Source: Vulcanimicrobiota bacterium | GTDB lineage: Bacteria; Vulcanimicrobiota; Vulcanimicrobiia; Eremiobacterales; Eremiobacteraceae | Direction of reading: 5' to 3' | NCBI GenBank assembly: GCA_963805945.1 | Contig: CAWDVP010000002.1 | Span: 128,001-192,000, forward strand | DNA length: 64,000 nt | Shown here: in pieces, positions 59,181-64,000 of the stretch | How positions within the stretch are numbered: position 1 is the first letter of the stretch | Layout: each line of letters opens with the position of its first letter | Program-made: the position numbers and the translations under genes | The notes under the pieces: generated by a model | Told to the model about the DNA's origin: nothing | What the model saw: the letters and a program-made list of their open reading frames with translations, nothing else | Database searches by the model: none

Positions 59181-59413
59181 GTGATCTCACCGGCCGCCCT
59201 CTCCGACCTCATCAAACCGCTGCCCTGCCGGGCGCGATGGTCCAAGTCCGCGACCTCACGGGGACCGCCGATCACTACAACGTGCGCATCGTCTCCAATG
59301 GCTTCGCCGGCATGGCGCCGCTCGACCGCCACCGGCTCGTGTACAAAGCGGTCAGCGAAGCGATGAAAGACGGGCGCTTGCATGCGTTGGAGATACGCGC
59401 GGACGTCCCATGA
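59181..59413 (+). CDS. BolA family protein; frameshift near 59218
   Basis: VRDLTGTADHY..RIVS..FAG...RHRLVY...LHALEI. Confidence 0.88.
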
Positions 59414-59423
59414 GGAAGCGACG

Positions 59424-59756
59424 ATGACTGACGATCTCAAACCGAAGATCGAAGAAGAGATAAAGACCAACAAAGTACTCGTCTACGGCAAAGGCACGAA
59501 GACGGCGCCGCGCTGCGGCTTCACCGCGGAGACGATCGCGTTCTTCGCGCGCTTCGGCTATCCGTTCGAGGTGATCGACGTCCTCGACGATATGCCCAAG
59601 CGCCAGGCGCTCACCGAGATGACCGACTGGCCGACGCTGCCGAAGGTGTTCATCAACGGCACGTTCTACGGCGACACGGACATCCTCGGCCCGATGGATG
59701 AGCGCGGCGAGCTCAAGCCGCTGCTCGACGAGGCCTTCAAGGCGCCGGTCCGCTAA
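59424..59756 (+). CDS. Monothiol glutaredoxin (Grx4-like, CGFT)
   Basis: KGT...PRCGFT, WPTLP.VFING. Confidence 0.92.
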   Translation: MTDDLKPKIEEEIKTNKVLVYGKGTKTAPRCGFTAETIAFFARFGYPFEVIDVLDDMPKRQALTEMTDWPTLPKVFINGTFYGDTDILGPMDERGELKPLLDEAFKAPVR

Positions 59757-59853
59757 GGACCCGAGCTCGCTCACGGGAGGCGGGCTTTTGCGTCGAAGCG
59801 AAAGAGCGCTGCTCGGCGCGTCTTAGACGTGCCGTGATTTTCCTCCACGCGCT

Positions 59854-61344
59854 TTGGGGACCGCAGACGTGAGCGCTCGACCAGCGGGAAGCACGACCCG
59901 CACGGCTCCTCGATTCGAACGGCCGCCGGGCGCGTTCACGGCGGGCGCCGTTCTGGCCGTCGCGCTGCTCGTCTCTGTCGCCGGCTCATGGGTCACGTAC
60001 ACGAACCTGCGCGGCGCCTTCGATCAGCACGTCGCGGTGGAGCAGGCGAAAGACGCGCTCTCCCAGCTCTTCCAACTGCAGCTCGACCAAGAGACCGGGC
60101 TGCGCGGCTTCGTCTCGACGGGTCAGAGCGTCTTCCTCGAACCCTACGAAGCGGCGGAGCCGCAATACAAGTCGCTGTTCACGCAGCTCGAACGCTACGT
60201 CAACCAGACCAATGTGCAGGGCGCATCGGCGCCGCTGCTCGACCTGCGCCGGCAGCACTTCCTCTGGAAGACGCAAGTCGCGCAGCCGCTCATCAAGAAC
60301 CCCAACGATCCGAATGCGGTCCGCCTGCTCGAAAACGGCAAGATCATCATGGACCGATCGCGCGGGGACTATCGCGAGCTTGCAGGCGTGCTCGACACGA
60401 GATTCGACCGCTCTTTTGAAGAGTCGTTCGTGCTGCTGAAGCGGGAGGGCGCGCTCACGGCGGCGCTCATCGCCTTGTTCGGCCTCGCGGCGATCGTCGC
60501 GGACGCGTATCGCAGCCGCTCGCAAGCCGCGTTGAAGCGCGAGCGCGGGGTCACCGACACCCTGCAGCGCGCGTTCCTGAGCGGATGGGATATGCTGCCT
60601 CACTTGCGGGTGGGCACCGCATACCTCTCTTCGACGCGCGACGCCGCGGTGGGCGGCGACCTCTTCGACGTCCACCGGCTCGACGAACATCGTGCCATGC
60701 TGCTGGTGGCGGATATCAGCGGCAAGGGCCTGTCGGCCGCGGTCGAGACCGCGCAGGTGAAGTATTCGGTGCGCACCCTGACCGAAGTCGAAGGCGATCC
60801 CGCGGTGGTCCTCGAGCGCTTCAACACGACGTTCATGCGGTCGGCGCCGGAGCCGGACGCCTTCGTGAGCGTCTTCGTGGGCGTGCTCGACGACCGTGAT
60901 CTCACGCTTGAATACGCGAGCGCGGGGCATGGCTCTGCTTTTGTCCGTGCCGGCGGCCAGGTCTCGGCGCTCCCGGTGACAGGCCCGGTGATCGGGCTCG
61001 TTGACGGCCAGCAGTACACGAAGGGCCACGTGACCCTGGCCGTCGGCGACCTCATCGTCCTGGCGACCGACGGCCTCACCGAGGCGCGCGATAAGGCCGG
61101 GGTCATGCTCGGCGAGGATCAGGCGATCGCATGGATCGCACGGGCCAATTCCGACCCACAGCGCCTCGTCGACGAGATCGTGACGCAGCTCAAGAGCTAC
61201 GGCGGCGGGCGCATCACCGACGACCTCGCGCTGCTGGTGATCCGCATGCAACGCGCCCCGGCCGGGGCGGCGGTTTCCGCAGAGCATGTCGAACGGCATG
61301 ATGTCATCGCCTCGCGGCCCGAAGCTGTGCCGGACGAGCCGTAA
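59854..61344 (+). CDS. CHASE3-sensor PP2C/SpoIIE (RsbU-like) phosphatase
   Basis: ETGLRGF...FLEPY; VGGDLFD, ADISGKG, SAGH, TDGLTEAR, DDLA. Confidence 0.9.
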   Translation: MGTADVSARPAGSTTRTAPRFERPPGAFTAGAVLAVALLVSVAGSWVTYTNLRGAFDQHVAVEQAKDALSQLFQLQLDQETGLRGFVSTGQSVFLEPYEAAEPQYKSLFTQLERYVNQTNVQGASAPLLDLRRQHFLWKTQVAQPLIKNPNDPNAVRLLENGKIIMDRSRGDYRELAGVLDTRFDRSFEESFVLLKREGALTAALIALFGLAAIVADAYRSRSQAALKRERGVTDTLQRAFLSGWDMLPHLRVGTAYLSSTRDAAVGGDLFDVHRLDEHRAMLLVADISGKGLSAAVETAQVKYSVRTLTEVEGDPAVVLERFNTTFMRSAPEPDAFVSVFVGVLDDRDLTLEYASAGHGSAFVRAGGQVSALPVTGPVIGLVDGQQYTKGHVTLAVGDLIVLATDGLTEARDKAGVMLGEDQAIAWIARANSDPQRLVDEIVTQLKSYGGGRITDDLALLVIRMQRAPAGAAVSAEHVERHDVIASRPEAVPDEP

Positions 61345-61556
61345 TGGCACGCGCCGGATTCGCCTGCGAGGACTGCGGCGAGATCGTGTGGCTGCCGCAA
61401 GGGGCGACCCATCTGCGCTGGCTGCGCGACCGCGAGCATATCGCGCACGAAGTGGCCGAACACTCCTCGTCGGGGCTCGACCTATGGATGAGCGACGGTT
61501 TGCGCTTTCTTGCGGACCACCGGGGCCACAGCATCCTCGTCCTCACCGAATCGTAA
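61344..61556 (+). CDS. Small 70-aa putative Zn-binding protein
   Basis: TAATG coupling to the phosphatase; CEDC and HRGH. Confidence 0.75.
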   Translation: MARAGFACEDCGEIVWLPQGATHLRWLRDREHIAHEVAEHSSSGLDLWMSDGLRFLADHRGHSILVLTES

Positions 61557-61567
61557 GCCACACATGG

Positions 61568-61597
61568 GAAGGGGAGCGAATCTCTTCGCTCCCCTTC
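61568..61597. terminator. 13-bp hairpin between convergent genes
   Basis: gaaggggagcgaa-tctc-ttcgctccccttc. Confidence 0.7.
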
Positions 61598-61612
61598 TCA
61601 GACGTCTCGCGT

Positions 61613-61726
61613 CTAGTGGCGCTTGCGTCTCTTGACTGCGACCTTGGCCTTGACCCGGCGCTTGGCCTTTCTGACTTTTCTCTTGACCTTGGCCTTTGCG
61701 ACGGCTTTCTTCCTTCTCTTTGCCAT
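61613..61726 (-). CDS. 37-aa Lys/Arg-rich protamine/histone-H1-like protein (not in ORF track)
   Basis: MAKRRKKAVAKAKVKRKVRKAKRRVKAKVAVKRRKRH; GGGGTGA RBS-like upstream; hairpin downstream. Confidence 0.8.
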   Translation of the reverse strand: MAKRRKKAVAKAKVKRKVRKAKRRVKAKVAVKRRKRH

Positions 61727-61820
61727 GAATGACTCACCCCCATTCTACGGAGTAAATGGATGTGACTCGCTCTTACTGAGCTTGTAGGGCCACGTTGTCC
61801 GGCGTGCGCTTCATCTCCTT

Positions 61821-62873
61821 CTATGAATGGATGTGCGGTTCGACGCGATCTTTCAGTTTCATACCGCTGCGATCGTGTCGCGCAGCGATCATCTCGGCAA
61901 GAATCGCGACCGCGATCTCTTCCGGCGATTGCGCGCCGATGTCGAGACCGATCGGCGCGTGCACCGCGTCGATCGTCGCGGCGGAGAAACCTGCCGACTC
62001 GAGACGTGCGCGCCGCAGCGCCTGGGTCTTGCGGCTGCCGATGGCCCCGACATAGCGCACCGGCTTGCGCAACACGTGGTCGAGCGTCGGATCGTCGAAC
62101 TTCTCGTCGTGGGTGAGCACCGCGACGTAGCTGTTCTCATCGAGCTGCAACGCCGGAAGTTCGTCCTCGGGCCAGCCCACGATGCGCGCGTCCGCCGCGG
62201 GGAAGCGCGCGGCGCTGTTGAGCCGCTCGCGAAGGTCGATGACGATGACGCGGAAGCCGGCCGCGCTGGCCAGCGCGCAGAGCGCGACAGCGATGTGCAC
62301 CGCGCCGACTATCACGAGGCGCGGTTCCGGCAGCACCGGCTGCACGAAGACCTCGTACGGTGCGAGCGCGACCAGCGCCGCCGCGCCGCGAGCGAGTTTC
62401 TCGCGCGCCGCTTCGTCGATGCGCGCATCGAGCCGTGCGTCGCCGGTCGTGCCGCTGCTCGCGGCATCGGCAGGCACGGTGCGCTTGGCGCCGACGCGGT
62501 CCGGCCCGCGCACGACGGTGCAGAGCGCGAGCGGACGCGAGAAGTCCGGTGCCGCGACGGCGTCCGGACAGCGTTCGATGAACACGTCGATCGCGCCGCC
62601 GCACGACAGGCCGACATCCCACATCATGTTCTTGTTGATGCCGTAGCGCGCGATCTTCGGCGGCCCGCCGGCCAGCACCGACTGGGCCTCGTCGACCACC
62701 GCGCCTTCGACGCAGCCGCCGCTCACCGATCCCTCGATGCGCCCGCTCGCGCCGATGAGCATGGTCGCGCCTTCGTCGCGGGGCGCCGAACCGTCGACAT
62801 GGATGACCGTCGCCTGGGCGACCGGTTCTCCCACCGCCAGCCAGCGTTGCAGCGTCGCGAAGATCTCTTTCAT
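61821..62873 (-). CDS. XdhC/CoxI family molybdoenzyme maturation factor
   Basis: GSAPR, GSVSGGCVE, GLSCGG.I.VF, YVGAIGS, PIGLDIG. Confidence 0.92.
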   Translation of the reverse strand: MKEIFATLQRWLAVGEPVAQATVIHVDGSAPRDEGATMLIGASGRIEGSVSGGCVEGAVVDEAQSVLAGGPPKIARYGINKNMMWDVGLSCGGAIDVFIERCPDAVAAPDFSRPLALCTVVRGPDRVGAKRTVPADAASSGTTGDARLDARIDEAAREKLARGAAALVALAPYEVFVQPVLPEPRLVIVGAVHIAVALCALASAAGFRVIVIDLRERLNSAARFPAADARIVGWPEDELPALQLDENSYVAVLTHDEKFDDPTLDHVLRKPVRYVGAIGSRKTQALRRARLESAGFSAATIDAVHAPIGLDIGAQSPEEIAVAILAEMIAARHDRSGMKLKDRVEPHIHS

Positions 62874-62877
62874 CTCA

Positions 62878-64000
62878 TCATCCTGCACGCAGGTCGCGTG
62901 CGCTCGAGCGCAGCGGGCGCCGGTCCTCGATCGTGCGCAGCAGCTCTGCGAGCTGCATAAGGCTCTTGAGGTTGTGCGCCGGGAGGAAGTTGTCGATGTA
63001 CGGGAGCGCGGCTTGCATGCCGACCGTCTGGGGCCGGTAGCGCGACGAACCAAGCAGCGGATTGAGCCAGATCAGCCGGTACGCGCTGCGCTGCAGGCGG
63101 CGCATCTCCGCCGCTAGGAGATCGATGTCGCCCCGGTCCCAGCCGTCGCTGATGATGAGCACGATCGCGCCGCGGCCGAGGACGCGGTGGGCCCAATGCA
63201 GGTTGAACGCGCGCAGGCTCTCGCCGATGCGCGTGCCGCCCGCCCAGTCGGACACGCTCGTGGAGATCTCGTCGAGCGCCTCGCGGATGTCGCGGTGCCT
63301 GATCTCGCGGGTGATACGCGTGATGCGCGTGCCGAAGACGAACGCCTCGACCCGCCCGACCGAGTGGCGCACGGTGTGCACGAACTGCAGCAGCAGGCGC
63401 GAGTAGCGATCCATCGAGCCCGAGATGTCGCACAGCAGCACGAGGTCGCGCCGCTTGCGCTTGCGCGTCCTCGTGGCGAGCGAGAACACCTCGCCGCCGC
63501 GGCGCAAGCTCTGCCGCAGCGTGCGCCGATAGTCGAACGGCCCGTTGCCGCGACCGGCGCGCATGCGCCGCGAGCGCCGCGTGCCGAGGTCCCACACCGG
63601 GCGGCGAGCCAACTCTCGCGCGCGCGCCGCCTCGTCCTCGCTCAGGCTGGCGAATTCTTTCTGATACAGGCCTTCGGCGAAGCTATAGGTGAACGCCCGG
63701 TCGGTCTCCGGCGCGGTGACCTGTTCATCGCCCGGTGGATGGTCGTCGCCGTCGGAGCGCAGCAGCGCCGTGTCGCGGCGGATGGCCTGCGTCGCGTTGA
63801 CGTCGTGCTCGGCCGCCGGCCTACGCGCCGCGTCTTCGCCCGGCTGTTCTTGCTGTCCATCATCGGCGCCGCCATCGCCGCTGCGCGCGTCGAGCGACGC
63901 CTCGCTCCAGAACGCGTCGAACGCCGCGTCATAGACGCGGGCTTCTTCGGGCGTGCGGACCAGCACGGCGCGGGCAGCCGCCTTGACGTCCGAACGCGAT
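62878..64000 (-). CDS. CoxE-like VWA domain protein, 5' end beyond the window
   Basis: CDISGSM, F.FGTR, GGTRIG, ISDG, IWLNP. Confidence 0.9.
   Translation of the reverse strand, partial: SRSDVKAAARAVLVRTPEEARVYDAAFDAFWSEASLDARSGDGGADDGQQEQPGEDAARRPAAEHDVNATQAIRRDTALLRSDGDDHPPGDEQVTAPETDRAFTYSFAEGLYQKEFASLSEDEAARARELARRPVWDLGTRRSRRMRAGRGNGPFDYRRTLRQSLRRGGEVFSLATRTRKRKRRDLVLLCDISGSMDRYSRLLLQFVHTVRHSVGRVEAFVFGTRITRITREIRHRDIREALDEISTSVSDWAGGTRIGESLRAFNLHWAHRVLGRGAIVLIISDGWDRGDIDLLAAEMRRLQRSAYRLIWLNPLLGSSRYRPQTVGMQAALPYIDNFLPAHNLKSLMQLAELLRTIEDRRPLRSSARDLRAG

Noticed and set aside
61286..61743. Track ORFs 61286-61732(+) and 61543-61743(-)
   Set aside because: They are alternate frames of the better-supported 37-aa basic ORF and cross the terminator.
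48490..64000. Integrative element with attR duplicating the tRNA 3' end
   Set aside because: Only 7-8 nt chance matches; no integrase.

Overview
High-GC bacterial chromosomal window, mostly core metabolism. Gene style tentatively suggests Ca. Eremiobacterota/WPS-2-like (low confidence). It holds eno, ndk, birA, a 2-oxoacid (probably branched-chain) dehydrogenase E1a/E1b/E2/E3 cluster with lipB/lipA, acpS-nnr-ligA, uvrA, uvrB, prs-rplY-pth, pyrKDFE, an OmpR-family two-component system, tRNA-Ala(CGC), an ECF42-type sigma/YCII pair, bolA-grx and xdhC/coxE, interspersed with secreted or lipoprotein hypotheticals. About a dozen apparent single-base indels, some in essential genes, point to assembly error. 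No transposase, integrase, CRISPR or rRNA was seen. Most notable: (1) a dispersed GTAG/GGAG-type REP palindrome family, one copy translated inside lipB and one supplying a stop codon; (2) an unannotated 37-aa protamine-like protein; (3) 11-bp-phased direct repeats upstream of both the two-component operon and the adjacent DUF4097/PDZ-protease genes; (4) a CcdA-like protein lacking both redox cysteines, next to bolA/grx; (5) an archaemetzincin lacking its catalytic Glu; (6) probable ATC and CTG start codons.
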